A DNA stretch of 38,813 nucleotides from Lutibacter sp. (GCF_040883305.1 NZ_JBFLKT010000398.1:1-38813), one strand, 5' to 3'; positions 19,184 to 31,300 are shown, counted from the stretch's first letter. Notes: generated by a model not told the origin, from the sequence alone. Made by a program: numbers and translations.

Positions 19184-19340
19184 GAAAAATATTACATATT
19201 TATCATTTTTTTAACTATTTAAGATAATTTAATTATGTTTTATTTAACGAAAACGTTTGATGTTTAGTTTTAATATAATTTTATGCAGCTTTTTTATTAA
19301 ATATAAATTATAATGTACGTTAAATAATTCTAATCTTTTA

Positions 19341-19661
19341 TTAATCTTTAGATGAATTTAAAGAAATTTTACCAGATAAAATTTCAAAATACATTTTAAA
19401 ATCTGAACGTAAGCTCCAAAGTGGATATTGAAATGTTGCTGGTTTATTTTTTTCAAAAAAGTAATGACCAATCCACGCAAAACCATAACCTGCAATTGGT
19501 ACAAATATCCAAAGTTTTGGAATATTATGATAAATAGCTGTAATGGCTAGAGCAAAAACAAAAGTTGTTCCAACAACATGTAACAATCTACATGTTTTAT
19601 TGCTGTGTTGTTTTAAATAAAAAGGGTAAAAGGCTTTAAATGATTTAATTCTTTCTTCCAT
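19341..19661 (-). CDS. DUF962 / Mpo1-like membrane protein
   Basis: FYPFYLKQHSNKTCRLLHVVGT, GYGFAWIGHYFFEKNKPATFQYP. Confidence 0.9.
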   Translation of the reverse strand: MEERIKSFKAFYPFYLKQHSNKTCRLLHVVGTTFVFALAITAIYHNIPKLWIFVPIAGYGFAWIGHYFFEKNKPATFQYPLWSLRSDFKMYFEILSGKISLNSSKD

Positions 19662-19733
19662 ATTTTTAATTTTAATATCTCAATTTACAAATATTTATCT
19701 ATTTTAGTTTTAACATCAATAAAATTCAACTTT

Positions 19734-20216
19734 ATGAAAACCTTTTTTTATTTTCTCCTTTTATCAACTTCCTTATTTTCCTGTACTAATTCAGGCAATA
19801 CTAATTCTAAAGAAATCTCTTCTGAATCTAATAAATTTGATGCTGAATTAGCAAAAAAACTAAATGCAGATAATTATGGCATGAAAACTTATGTAATGGC
19901 ATTTTTAAAAAGAGGTCCTAATAGATCTCAGGACTCGATAACTGCTGCCAATTTACAGCGTTCACATTTAGAAAATATTACAAAATTAGCCAATGCAGGA
20001 AAATTAGTTTTAGCAGGTCCTTTTTTAGATACTGGAGATTTAAGAGGCATTTATATTTTTGATGTGGCCACAATAGAAGAAGCTAAAAAGTTAACCGAAA
20101 CGGATCCAGCCATTCAACAAGGCTCATTGGTTATGGAATTAAAATTATGGTACGGCTCCGCAGCTTTACTTCAAATAAATGAAATTCATAAAAAAATTGC
20201 AAAAATTGAAATTTAA
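19734..20216 (+). CDS. YciI-family lipoprotein
   Basis: Lipobox LFSC and YCII-like HLENI...LVLAGPF...DPAI. Confidence 0.85.
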   Translation: MKTFFYFLLLSTSLFSCTNSGNTNSKEISSESNKFDAELAKKLNADNYGMKTYVMAFLKRGPNRSQDSITAANLQRSHLENITKLANAGKLVLAGPFLDTGDLRGIYIFDVATIEEAKKLTETDPAIQQGSLVMELKLWYGSAALLQINEIHKKIAKIEI

Positions 20217-20231
20217 AATATTATCAATTAG

Positions 20232-20266
20232 TGAATCAACCAAGCTCTTGGTTGATTCAGTTTTTT
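20232..20266 (+). terminator. intrinsic terminator between convergent YciI and TonB receptor genes
   Basis: TGAATCAACCAAG / CTTGGTTGATTCA followed by G and T6. Confidence 0.75.
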
Positions 20267-20285
20267 ATTATTACATAAATATTAC

Positions 20286-22100
20286 CTAGTAAAACTTATA
20301 GTTTAGTCCTAACATTATATTTCCTTTAGGCATTGGCACTAAATTAGTTTCTGTATAAGCTGCATTAAAAATATTATTTGCACTTAAAGACATCCCTATG
20401 CGGTCTGGTAATTCAGCCAAAATTTTTGCATCTACAATTGCATATGTTTCTCCTCTAGATCTTTCTACAAACCTATATGAAATGTTTTGACTAAATAGTT
20501 TCGAAAATTTAAAATCTATTGCTGATGTCAGTTGATGCTTAATACTATTTAATGCATACCTTGTATATTTATCTTTATTTTCGTCTTTAATAAAACTATA
20601 ACCAATATTAAATTTTTGATCAAAATTCCCTACACTAAACTTATAGGTTACATCAAATTCAAAGCCCTGTGTACTAACTTCGCTAAAGTTTCTAGCTTCC
20701 CATTTCTCTTCAGCATCATTAGGATTATCCTTAGCCCAATCAATTAAATCCTTTGCGTCTCTGTTAAATAAAGCCAAATTTAAATCGAAACTACCTGTAG
20801 TATATTTAAAGCCAATTTCTTCAGATAATGCAGACTCTGGTTGTAAATCTGAGTTTCCAATTTCATTTCTCCCAACATAATACAGGTCCGTAAAAGTAGG
20901 TACCCTGTAGGTATAGCCAATATTACCATACCATTTAAAACGTTCAGAAAATCTATATCCAAGATCTAATCCAGGAAATGCTTTTGTATTAAAATCTGAA
21001 AACGAACTAATCGCAATTCCAGGAGTAATATCGAAATTGTCAATTTCAAAACGATGCTCTAAAAATCCAGTAATTACAGTTCTGTTATGATCATTTAAAT
21101 TATTACTTGCCAAGAAGTTTCTTGAAACATTAATACCTATACCTGTTTTACCTATTGAAGAATTAATAACAACATTAGTTTCTGCTCCAATTCTATTTGT
21201 AATATGTAAATTTCGATATACTGGCGGATCGTGTCTTAAATACAAATACATATCCTGATTTCTTTTCCAATAAATTCTAGGTTTAATAGTAATATTTCCA
21301 GATAAAAAATTAGCATCCAGCGCAATTAAACTAGTTTGTGTCTCTTCATATTGGTCAATTGCAGCAGGAGTTGCATAAAATCCGTTTGCACCAAAATCTC
21401 TAGATGTAAAAGTTGAAGTTAAATTATACTTTCCTAAATTTGCTTTTACAAAAACCGACTTATTTTCAAAATCAGTATTATACCTGTAACCATCAGACTC
21501 TTGATAATTAAATGAAGTTAAAATTCCTCCGTTTTCAAATTTCTGAATAAAAGATAGACCTCCTTTTAAATTATTATAAGATCCGAACCCTAAATTAACC
21601 TTTAAGGAATTATCTCTAATTTTTTTTGTAACAATATTAATGGCGCCGGTAAATGCATTTTGACCATAGATACGCGCAGCAGGGCCTTTAATAACCTCTA
21701 TACGTTCAATATTATCTAGTGAAAGAATTGCATTCATTGAATGGTGTCCCGTTTGAGAATCGTCCATTTTAACACCATCTATTAAAACCAATGTCTGGTC
21801 AAAATTCCCTCCTCTTATATATAAATCAGATTGCATCCCATCAGTTCCTCTTCTTCTAATATCTATTCCTACAATATTTTGTAGTAAATCTGAAACATTA
21901 GAAGCAGGAGATTTGATAATTTCATCTGAAGTAATTACATTAATTGTTCTTGATGTTTTTGAAAAAGGAAGTGCAATTCTATTTGAAGTAATTATAACTT
22001 CTTTTAATTTAACCGTATCTTTTTTTATAGGTTGAACTTGTGCTTTTGCCTGAATTATATTAAATAATGCAAAAAATATTAAAGTAATTTTAATTCTCAT
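20286..22100 (-). CDS. TonB-dependent receptor (small, vitamin/cofactor-transporter-like)
   Basis: Signal peptide, LKEVIITS TonB-box-like segment, plug (IRGG..LVLIDG, IERIEVIKGP), YRVPTF.DLY, GNSDLQPE, NNIFN and an aromatic C-terminus. Substrate not determinable. Confidence 0.92.
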   Translation of the reverse strand: MRIKITLIFFALFNIIQAKAQVQPIKKDTVKLKEVIITSNRIALPFSKTSRTINVITSDEIIKSPASNVSDLLQNIVGIDIRRRGTDGMQSDLYIRGGNFDQTLVLIDGVKMDDSQTGHHSMNAILSLDNIERIEVIKGPAARIYGQNAFTGAINIVTKKIRDNSLKVNLGFGSYNNLKGGLSFIQKFENGGILTSFNYQESDGYRYNTDFENKSVFVKANLGKYNLTSTFTSRDFGANGFYATPAAIDQYEETQTSLIALDANFLSGNITIKPRIYWKRNQDMYLYLRHDPPVYRNLHITNRIGAETNVVINSSIGKTGIGINVSRNFLASNNLNDHNRTVITGFLEHRFEIDNFDITPGIAISSFSDFNTKAFPGLDLGYRFSERFKWYGNIGYTYRVPTFTDLYYVGRNEIGNSDLQPESALSEEIGFKYTTGSFDLNLALFNRDAKDLIDWAKDNPNDAEEKWEARNFSEVSTQGFEFDVTYKFSVGNFDQKFNIGYSFIKDENKDKYTRYALNSIKHQLTSAIDFKFSKLFSQNISYRFVERSRGETYAIVDAKILAELPDRIGMSLSANNIFNAAYTETNLVPMPKGNIMLGLNYKFY

Positions 22101-22138
22101 AAATATTGATTTAAAAACGTTGTAAAAATAGTAACTTT

Positions 22139-22185
22139 CCGGACGATTAACATAGTCCAGTTTTAAAATGACAGATAGTCCGGTT
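22139..22185. promoter_or_regulatory. putative MocR operator (two direct repeats plus one inverted)
   Basis: ATAGTCCAGTT 22152-22162, ATAGTCCGGTT 22175-22185 and inverted CCGGACGAT 22139-22147. Confidence 0.65.
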
Positions 22186-23667
22186 AATACGCTGTTTAAA
22201 CAACTAATTAGTATAGAAAAATCTATACCACAACCTCTATATTTACAAGCCTCAGGACAAATTGTAAACGCTATTCAGCGCAGCTATTTAACCAAAGGAA
22301 CAATGCTGCCAGGAACACGTGCACTAAGTCAGTTATTAAACGTACATAGAAATACTGCTGTTGCTATTTACGAAGAGTTAGCTTCACAAGGTTGGGTTGA
22401 AATTATACCTAATAAAGGAACATTTGTTTTAGAACCAGAAAATAAAACAGCAAAAATAAAAGCAGCTTCACAAAAAATAAATGAAGCATATACTTATGCT
22501 AAAACAACGGGATTTCCTTTTCAAAAGTCATTTCATTTAGTTTCAACTGTTGAGTTTACAAATGCAAAGTATACCATCAACGATGGTAAACCAGATTTAC
22601 GCTTGCATCCTGTGCATCAGTTTACAAGGTGGTACAGTGCTGCCATGAAACGAAAAACGTTAATAAATAAATGGAACAGAACAAACGAATTTTTCAACTC
22701 TGTATTCCAAACTCAACTATGTAATTACTTAAATACAACTAGAGGTTTTCATATTAACCCAAAGAACCTATTAAATACACGTAGTACAGAAATGAGTTTG
22801 TACATTGTTTCTCAACTCTTAATAAAACCAAACGACATTGTATTAGTAGGAAATTTAAGTAATTATGCATCTAATATGATTTTTCAACAAACAGGTGCAA
22901 ACATAAAAACAATTCCTGTAGATAATGATGGTTTAGACATTGAGTACATAAAAAAGCATTTTATAAAAAATAGTATTAGATGTGTATATATTTGTGCAAA
23001 TAGAGATTATCCAACAACAGTAAAATTAAGTACAGAACGTCGTTTAGAACTACTGCAACTTGCTAAAGAGTTTGGATTTGCTATTATTGAAGATGATTAT
23101 GATTATGATTTTCAGTTTGAAGGTTCAGCAATGTTACCTTTGGCAAGTTCAGATGCAAACGGAATGTTAATTTATTTAGGGAAATTTGGGCAATCTTTAT
23201 TTCCTAGTTTTCAAACAGGGTTTCTCGTAGCCCCTGAAAATCTGATCTCAGAAGCTAAGAATTATTTAGAATTAATAGATAAACAAGGCGATTTAATTCA
23301 AGAACAACTGCTCTCAGAATTAATTAATGAAGGTGAAATATACCGTCTCATGAAAAAGAATATTATAATATATAAAAAAAGACGCGATTTGTTCTGCAAC
23401 CTTTTAATAACCTATTTTTCAAAAAGCGCGCAATGGAAAATTCCTTCAGGAGGATTGGCAATTTGGCTACAATTCCAGCCTAAAATATCGCTTTTAAAAC
23501 TAGCTGAAGAAGCCGAAAAAAACAATTTACATCTACCAAAAATAATTCTTTATCAGGATAAAAAAACTTGTGCAATTCGTTTTGGATTTGGACATTTAAA
23601 TGAAGAAGAAATAGAAGTTGTTATTAAAAAATTAAAAAAAGCTTATGATAAAGTGATTTTAAAATAA
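22168..23667 (+). CDS. MocR/GabR-family transcriptional regulator (GntR wHTH plus aminotransferase-like domain)
   Basis: PLYLQ...LPGTRALSQLLNVHRNTAVAIYEELASQGW HTH; YPTT, RRLELL, IIEDDYD, PSGGLAIW, RFGFG. Confidence 0.93.
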   Translation: MTDSPVNTLFKQLISIEKSIPQPLYLQASGQIVNAIQRSYLTKGTMLPGTRALSQLLNVHRNTAVAIYEELASQGWVEIIPNKGTFVLEPENKTAKIKAASQKINEAYTYAKTTGFPFQKSFHLVSTVEFTNAKYTINDGKPDLRLHPVHQFTRWYSAAMKRKTLINKWNRTNEFFNSVFQTQLCNYLNTTRGFHINPKNLLNTRSTEMSLYIVSQLLIKPNDIVLVGNLSNYASNMIFQQTGANIKTIPVDNDGLDIEYIKKHFIKNSIRCVYICANRDYPTTVKLSTERRLELLQLAKEFGFAIIEDDYDYDFQFEGSAMLPLASSDANGMLIYLGKFGQSLFPSFQTGFLVAPENLISEAKNYLELIDKQGDLIQEQLLSELINEGEIYRLMKKNIIIYKKRRDLFCNLLITYFSKSAQWKIPSGGLAIWLQFQPKISLLKLAEEAEKNNLHLPKIILYQDKKTCAIRFGFGHLNEEEIEVVIKKLKKAYDKVILK

Positions 23668-23697
23668 AAAAACCCGAACAAATTGTTCGGGTTTTTA
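23666..23697. terminator. bidirectional terminator ending the rpoBC operon and the MocR gene
   Basis: AAAAACCCGAACAA-A-TTGTTCGGGTTTTT between convergent genes. Confidence 0.85.
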
Positions 23698-23703
23698 TCT
23701 TAT

Positions 23704-24018
23704 CTATGCTTCTCCAGTGGGTCCAAAATTCATTGGAATTGGAGGTTGCTCATAATCTTTAATTTCTCCGTGACTTTTTTCAAACCTTTGCACATTATCA
23801 GCCAATGCTTTAACCAATCTCTTGGCGTGCTGAGGAGTTAATATAATTCTTGATTTTACTTTAGCTTTAGGTTGCCCCGGCATTACACTAACAAAATCAA
23901 CTATAAATTCTGAAACAGAATGATTAATTATTGCTAAGTTAGAATAGGTTCCTTCCGCAGTTTTATCATCTAATTCAATATTAATTTGTCCTTCTTTTTT
24001 AGGTTTTTGATCACTCAT
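23704..24018 (-). CDS. DUF3467 domain protein
   Basis: QINIEL...AEGTYSNLAIINHS..EFIVDF...SRIILTPQHAKRL, in the usual position after rpoC in Bacteroidota. Confidence 0.9.
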   Translation of the reverse strand: MSDQKPKKEGQINIELDDKTAEGTYSNLAIINHSVSEFIVDFVSVMPGQPKAKVKSRIILTPQHAKRLVKALADNVQRFEKSHGEIKDYEQPPIPMNFGPTGEA

Positions 24019-24020
24019 AA

Positions 24021-27000
24021 TTAAAAACTTGAATCCATCTCTTCTTTAGAACCTACAATAATATTATCATAAATTCTCATACCCGTACCTGCAGGAATAC
24101 GCTTACCTACAATTACATTTTCTTTTAATCCTTCTAAATCGTCAACTTTACCACTTACAGCAGCTTCGTTTAATACTTTTGTAGTTTCCTGGAAGGAAGC
24201 TGCAGAAATAAATGATTTAGTTTGTAAAGAAGCTCTTGTAATACCTTGTAATATTTGTTCAGCAGTAGCGGGATTTGCATCTCTTGCTTCTACCAACATT
24301 TTATCTTCTCTACGTAATACAGAATTTTCATCTCTTAACTGACGTGGTGAAACAATCTGACCTACTTTTAAATTGGTAGAATCTCCAGCATTTTCAATAA
24401 CTTTCATACCATAGATTTCATCATTTTGTTCTATAAAGTCATTTTTATGAATTAATTGATTCTCTAAGAATAACGTATCTCCAGAGTCAATAATTCTAAC
24501 CTTACGCATCATTTGACGTACTACTACTTCAAAATGTTTGTCATTAATTTTCACACCTTGTAAACGATATACCTCTTGAATTTCATTTACTAAATACTCT
24601 TGAACTTTAGCAGGACCTTCAATATTTAAAATATCATTTGGAGTAACGGCACCTTCGGAAAGCGGCATACCAGCTTTAATAAAGTCATTTTCTTGAACTA
24701 AGATTTGATTAGAAAGTTTAATTAAATACTTTTTAATTTCACCCAATTTAGACTCAACTATAATTTCACGGTTACCACGTTTAATTTTTCCAAAAGAAAC
24801 AACACCATCTATTTCTGAAACTACAGCTGGATTTGAAGGATTACGTGCTTCAAATAATTCAGTTACACGTGGTAAACCTCCTGTAATATCTCCAGATCTT
24901 CCAGATTTACGAGGAATTTTTACAATAAACATTCCTGAAGGGATTTTATCACCATCTTCAACAATTAAATGTGCACCTACAGGTAAGTTATACGATCTAA
25001 TTACGTTATCATTATCATCTTTCAACAATAATGTTGGAATCGTCTTTTTATTTTTAGACTCAATAATTACTTTTTCTTGGAAACCAGTTTGTTCATCAAT
25101 TTCTACGAGATAATTAATACCTCTTTCAATATTCTCGAAATGAATAGTACCAGCAAATTCTGAAACAATAACACCATTAAATGGATCCCATTTACAAACA
25201 ACATCATTTTTCTTAACCTTTTGTCCATCTGCTATATAAACAGTTGAGCCGTAAGGAATATTATTAGAACTTAATGTTAAACCAGATTTTTCGTCAATAA
25301 TTTTTACTTCTGAAGTTCTAGAAATTACAATATCGATTGGTTCTCCATCTGCATCTTTTCCAGAAACTGTTCTTAAATCTTCAACCTGAGCTTTACCCGC
25401 AAATCTTGAAATTAATTTGTTATTTTCAGAAATATTTCCTGCAACACCCCCAACGTGGAAAGTTCTTAATGTTAACTGTGTACCTGGTTCTCCAATAGAT
25501 TGTGCGGCTACAACACCAACAGCTTCTCCAATTTGAACCATTTTATTTGTTGATAAACTATTTCCGTAACATTTTGCACAAATACCTTTTTTAGCTTCAC
25601 AAGTTAAAGCTGAACGTACTTCTACACTATCAACAGCTGAATTTTCAATAGCTTTTGCTATTTCAGGGGTTATTTGTTCTCCAGAATGTGCTAAAATTTC
25701 TTCAGTAATAGGATCAATAACATCATGTAATGATACACGTCCAGAAATTCTTTCACTTAAAGTTTCAACAATTTCGTCATTCTTTTTAAGTGGTTGAACA
25801 TTTAATCCTCTTAACGTTCCACAATCATGTTCGTTAACAATAACGTCTTGAGAAACATCAACTAAACGACGTGTTAAATAACCTGCATCGGCAGTTTTTA
25901 ATGCCGTATCCGCTAATCCTTTACGTGCACCGTGTGTAGAGATAAAATATTCAAGAATTGATAATCCTTCCTTAAAGTTAGAAAGAATTGGATTCTCAAT
26001 AATTTCTCCACCACCTGCTGTAGATTTTTTAGGTTTTGCCATTAATCCACGCATACCAGTTAACTGACGAATTTGTTCTTTTGAACCCCTTGCACCAGAA
26101 TCTAGCATCATAAATACTGAGTTAAACCCTTGTTGATCTTCACGTAAACGTTTCATTGAAAGTTCTGTTAAACGGTTGTTTGTAGAACCCCAAATATCAA
26201 TTACCTGATTGTAACGCTCTTTATTTGTTAACATACCCATATTATAGTTTGCCATAATATTGTCAACTTGAGCATTTGCATCAGCAATCATTGTATGCTT
26301 TTCTGGTGGAATAATAATATCACCTAAACTAAATGATAAACCACCACGGAATGCAAAATTATATCCCATTCCCTTCATATCATCTAAGAATTTTCCAGTA
26401 GTTGGAACATCGGTAACTTTTAAAATATTACCAATAATATCTCTTAATGATTTTTTATTCAATACTTCGTTTACATAACCTGCAGCTTCTGGAACAACCT
26501 CATTAAATAAAACTCTACCAACTGTAGTTTCTATAATTTGATTGACCAACGCTCCTTCTTCATTAAAATCTTTAGTTCTAACTTTAATTCTCGCATTTAA
26601 TTCAACAGCTTTTTCATTAAAAGCAATAGTAACTTCTTGCGGGGAATAAAAAGTTAAACCTTCCCCTTTTACTTTATGTTCTGGAGTAGATATTCTTTCT
26701 TTAGTCATATAATATAAACCAAGTACCATATCCTGAGAAGGAACGGTAACAGGTGCACCATTTGCTGGATTTAATATATTATGTGAAGCCAACATTAATA
26801 ACTGACACTCTAAAATAGCCTCAGGTCCTAATGGTAAGTGAACCGCCATTTGATCCCCATCAAAATCGGCGTTAAATGCCGTACATACTAACGGGTGTAA
26901 TTGAATTGCTTTTCCTTCAATTAATTTTGGTTGAAAAGCTTGTATACCCAATCTGTGTAACGTAGGTGCACGGTTTAACATTACAGGATGTCCTTTTAAA

Positions 27001-28295
27001 ACATTCTCTAAAATATCCCATACAACTGGTTCTCTTTTATCTATAATTTTCTTTGCAGATTTTACTGTTTTTACAATTCCTCTTTCAATTAATTTTCTAA
27101 TAACAAAAGGTTTGTACAATTCAGCTGCCATATCTTTTGGCAATCCACATTCGTATAATTTCAATTCTGGCCCAACAACAATTACCGAACGTGCAGAATA
27201 ATCAACACGCTTTCCAAGTAAGTTTTGACGGAAACGTCCTTGCTTACCTTTTAATGAATCGGATAATGATTTTAATGGTCTGTTAGATTCCGTTTTTACT
27301 GCTGAAGATTTACGTGTGTTATCAAATAATGAATCTACAGATTCTTGTAACATACGTTTTTCATTACGTAAAATAACCTCAGGTGCTTTAATTTCAACCA
27401 AACGTTTTAAACGATTGTTTCTAATAATTACTCTTCGGTATAAATCATTTAAATCTGAAGTAGCGAAACGACCACCATCTAATGGCACTAATGGACGTAA
27501 TTCTGGTGGAGTCACCGGAATAACTTTCATTATCATCCATTCCGGACGGTTTTCTCTATTTTTATTAGCATCTCTAAAAGATTCTACAACGTTTAATCTT
27601 TTTAATGCTTCTGTTTTACGTTGTTTAGATGTTTCTGTGTTTGCTTTGTGACGTAATTCATAAGATAATTCGTCTAAGTCTATACGATTAAATAAATCAA
27701 TTAAACAAGCAGCTCCCATTTTAGCTATAAACTTATCTGGGTCGTTATCATCTAAATATTGATTTTCTACTGGGAACGATTCTAGAATATCTAAATATTC
27801 TTCTTCTGTTAAGAAGTCCATTTTTTGTAATGGTTCTCCTTCTGCATTTTTTGCTCCAGCTGGTTGAATTACTACATAACGTTCGTAGTAAATAATCATA
27901 TCTAACTTTTTAGATGGTAACCCTAAAAGGTATCCCATTTTGTTAGGTAATGATTTAAAATACCAAATATGAGCAACAGGAACTACTAAATTAATGTGTC
28001 CTACTCTATCTCTACGTACTTTTTTCTCAGTAACTTCTACACCACAACGGTCACAAACAATTCCTTTGTAACGAATTCTCTTGTATTTACCACAAGCACA
28101 TTCATAATCTTTTATAGGTCCAAAAATTCGTTCACAAAACAGTCCATCTCTTTCTGGTTTGTGTGTACGGTAATTTATAGTTTCTGGTTTTAATACTTCT
28201 CCGTTTGATTTCTCTAGAATTGCTTCTGGAGATGATAAACCAATTGAAATTTTATTAAACTTTTTTACAGTGTATTTATCAGTTTTTCTTGCCAT
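24021..28295 (-). CDS. rpoC: RNA polymerase beta' subunit
   Basis: [12 protein letters not shown] catalytic motif, N-terminal Zn ribbon, 1424 aa. Confidence 0.99.
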   Translation of the reverse strand: MARKTDKYTVKKFNKISIGLSSPEAILEKSNGEVLKPETINYRTHKPERDGLFCERIFGPIKDYECACGKYKRIRYKGIVCDRCGVEVTEKKVRRDRVGHINLVVPVAHIWYFKSLPNKMGYLLGLPSKKLDMIIYYERYVVIQPAGAKNAEGEPLQKMDFLTEEEYLDILESFPVENQYLDDNDPDKFIAKMGAACLIDLFNRIDLDELSYELRHKANTETSKQRKTEALKRLNVVESFRDANKNRENRPEWMIMKVIPVTPPELRPLVPLDGGRFATSDLNDLYRRVIIRNNRLKRLVEIKAPEVILRNEKRMLQESVDSLFDNTRKSSAVKTESNRPLKSLSDSLKGKQGRFRQNLLGKRVDYSARSVIVVGPELKLYECGLPKDMAAELYKPFVIRKLIERGIVKTVKSAKKIIDKREPVVWDILENVLKGHPVMLNRAPTLHRLGIQAFQPKLIEGKAIQLHPLVCTAFNADFDGDQMAVHLPLGPEAILECQLLMLASHNILNPANGAPVTVPSQDMVLGLYYMTKERISTPEHKVKGEGLTFYSPQEVTIAFNEKAVELNARIKVRTKDFNEEGALVNQIIETTVGRVLFNEVVPEAAGYVNEVLNKKSLRDIIGNILKVTDVPTTGKFLDDMKGMGYNFAFRGGLSFSLGDIIIPPEKHTMIADANAQVDNIMANYNMGMLTNKERYNQVIDIWGSTNNRLTELSMKRLREDQQGFNSVFMMLDSGARGSKEQIRQLTGMRGLMAKPKKSTAGGGEIIENPILSNFKEGLSILEYFISTHGARKGLADTALKTADAGYLTRRLVDVSQDVIVNEHDCGTLRGLNVQPLKKNDEIVETLSERISGRVSLHDVIDPITEEILAHSGEQITPEIAKAIENSAVDSVEVRSALTCEAKKGICAKCYGNSLSTNKMVQIGEAVGVVAAQSIGEPGTQLTLRTFHVGGVAGNISENNKLISRFAGKAQVEDLRTVSGKDADGEPIDIVISRTSEVKIIDEKSGLTLSSNNIPYGSTVYIADGQKVKKNDVVCKWDPFNGVIVSEFAGTIHFENIERGINYLVEIDEQTGFQEKVIIESKNKKTIPTLLLKDDNDNVIRSYNLPVGAHLIVEDGDKIPSGMFIVKIPRKSGRSGDITGGLPRVTELFEARNPSNPAVVSEIDGVVSFGKIKRGNREIIVESKLGEIKKYLIKLSNQILVQENDFIKAGMPLSEGAVTPNDILNIEGPAKVQEYLVNEIQEVYRLQGVKINDKHFEVVVRQMMRKVRIIDSGDTLFLENQLIHKNDFIEQNDEIYGMKVIENAGDSTNLKVGQIVSPRQLRDENSVLRREDKMLVEARDANPATAEQILQGITRASLQTKSFISAASFQETTKVLNEAAVSGKVDDLEGLKENVIVGKRIPAGTGMRIYDNIIVGSKEEMDSSF

Positions 28296-28333
28296 TTCTT
28301 TATAGTATTCAGTAATTGGTTGGCAGTATTCAA

Positions 28334-28373
28334 TTTCAATATTCAGATAGTAAGTTACATCTGAATATTGAAA
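28334..28373. repeat. perfect 15-bp inverted repeat in the rpoB-rpoC spacer
   Basis: TTTCAATATTCAGAT (28334-28348) / ATCTGAATATTGAAA (28359-28373), 10-nt loop. Confidence 0.85.
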
Positions 28374-28386
28374 CTGTTTACTTAAA

Positions 28387-31300
28387 TTATTCTTCTAATC
28401 TAACGTCTAATCCAAGACCTCTAAGTTCGTGCATTAATACGTTAAATGATTCTGGCAATCCAGGTTCTGGCATAGCATCACCTTTTACAATAGCCTCATA
28501 CGTTTTTGCTCTACCCATAACATCATCAGATTTTACAGTCAAAATTTCACGTAATGTACTAGAAGCTCCATAAGCCTCAAGTGCCCAAACTTCCATTTCA
28601 CCAAAACGTTGACCTCCAAATTGTGCTTTACCACCTAATGGCTGTTGTGTAATTAAAGAGTATGGCCCAATAGAACGTGCGTGCATTTTATCATCAATCA
28701 TATGACCTAATTTAATCATATAAATAACTCCTACTGTTGCAGGTTGATCAAAACGTTCACCTGTTCCACCATCATATAAATAAGTATGACCATATTGTGG
28801 CACACCTGCATCTTCAGTAATTTTATTGATTTGGTCTATACTTGCACCATCAAAAATTGGTGTAGCATATTTTTTATCTAATTTCTGACCAGCCCAACCA
28901 AGAACAGTTTCATAAATTTGTCCAATATTCATACGAGAAGGTACACCTAGAGGATTTAAAACAATATCAACCGGAGTTCCATCTTCTAAGAAAGGCATGT
29001 CTTCTGCTCTAACAATTCTAGCAACAATACCCTTGTTACCGTGACGACCCGCCATTTTATCACCAACTTTTAACTTACGTTTTTTAGCAATATAAATTTT
29101 AGCAAGTTTCAAAATTCCTGCAGGTAATTCATCACCAACAGAAACCGTAAATTTTTCACGTCTTAAGGATCCTTGTAAATCGTTTACCTTAATTTTGTAA
29201 TTATGTATTAATTCAATTACAAGAGAGTTAATATGATCATCGGTTGTCCAAACTCCTTTGGTTAAATAATTAAAATCAGGAACAGCATTTAACATTTTTA
29301 ATGTAAACTTTTTCCCTTTTTGAAGTATTTCTTCACCTAAATCATTTAATACACCTTGAGAAGTTTTACCACTAATAAGTGTAAATAATTTTTCAATAAG
29401 AACCGATCTTAAATCTTCAAGTAATGCTGTATATTTACTTTCTAAATTAGCTATACTAACTTTATCTTGAGCACGTTTAGATTTATCTTTTACTGCGCGC
29501 TCAAATAATTTTTTATCAATAACAACACCTCTTAATGATGGAGAAGCTTTTAATGATGCATCTTTTACATCACCCGCTTTATCACCAAAAATAGCTCTTA
29601 GTAATTTTTCTTCAGGTGTTGGATCTGATTCACCTTTAGGAGTAATTTTACCAATTAAAATATCTCCAGGTTTTACTTCGGCACCAATACGAATCATTCC
29701 ATTTTCATCTAAATCTTTAGTAGCTTCTTCTGAAACGTTTGGAATATCGTTGGTTAATTCTTCAGCACCAAGTTTTGTATCTCTTACATCCATTGAGTAT
29801 TCGTCAATATGTATAGATGTAAATATATCTTCTTTTACAACTTTTTCAGAAATCACAATTGCATCCTCAAAGTTATACCCTTTCCAAGGCATAAAGGCTA
29901 CTTTCATATTTCTACCAAGTGCTAATTCTCCTTTTTGTGTAGCATAACCTTCACAAAGAACTTGTCCTTCTTCAACTCTATCTCCTTTTTGAACAATCGG
30001 TTTTAGGTTTATTGAAGTACCTTGATTTGTTTTTCTAAATTTAATTAAGTTGTAAGATTTGCTATCTCCATCAAAACTTACCATACGATCTTCATCAGTC
30101 TTATCGTACTTAATATTAATAGTATCAGCATCTACGTATTCAACAACACCAGCACCTTCTGCGTTCATTAAAATACGTGAATCTTTTGCAACTCTAAATT
30201 CTAAACCTGTACCAACAATTGGAGATTCAGGTTTTAATAAAGGTACTGCCTGACGCATCATATTCGATCCCATCAATGCTCTGTTCGCATCATCATGTTC
30301 CAAAAATGGAATTAAGGATGCAGATATTGAAGCAATTTGATTTGGAGCAACATCCATAAAGTTTACCTTTTCAGGCTCAACAACTGGATAATCAGCTTCT
30401 TCACGAACAATAACTTTTTCAGCAGTAAATTTACCTTTCTCATCTAATGGAAGATTCGACTGAGCAAATTTCATTCCTTCTTCTTCTTCAGCACTCAAAT
30501 ATCTTGGCTCATCGGTAATATTTACATTACCATCTATAACCTCTCTATAAGGAGTTTCGATAAATCCTAAGCTATTTACTTTTGCAAAAACTGCCAAAGA
30601 TGAAATTAACCCAATATTTGGTCCTTCAGGTGTTTCAATTGGACATAAACGTCCATAATGTGTATAATGAACATCACGCACCTCAAAACCAGCTCTTTCT
30701 CGTGATAAACCTCCAGGTCCTAGCGCAGATAATCTACGTTTGTGTGTAATCTCTGCTAATGGATTTGTTTGATCCATAAATTGAGATAACTGATTGGTTC
30801 CAAAGAACGAATTAATTACAGAAGACAATGTCTTTGCATTAATCAAATCAATTGGCGTAAACACTTCATTATCACGCACATTCATACGTTCACGGATGGT
30901 ACGAGCCATACGAGATAAACCAACTCCAAATTGACTAGCTAATTGCTCTCCAACGGTTCTAACACGACGGTTAGATAAATGGTCAATATCATCAACTTCA
31001 GCCTTAGAATTAACTAATTTTATTAAGTTTTTGATTATTGTAATAATATCTACTTTGGTTAAAACTTTTTGATCTATATCTTCGTTTAAACCTAATTTTT
31101 TATTCATTCTATAACGTCCAACCTCACCTAAGTTATAACGTTGTTCAGAAAAGAATAATTTATCTATAATACCTTTCGCAGTTTCAAAATCTGGCGGTTC
31201 AGCATTACGTAATTGTCTATAAATATGTTCAACAGCTTCTTTTTCAGAGTTTGTTGGATCTTTTTGTAAAGTATTGTGAATAATAGCATAATCGGCCATT

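Noticed and set aside
19248-19260. CGAAAACGTTTGA, resembling a LacI-type operator upstream of the 37-aa ORF promoter
   Set aside because: Only an 8-bp AT-rich palindrome core, a single copy, and no cognate regulator nearby; too weak to call.
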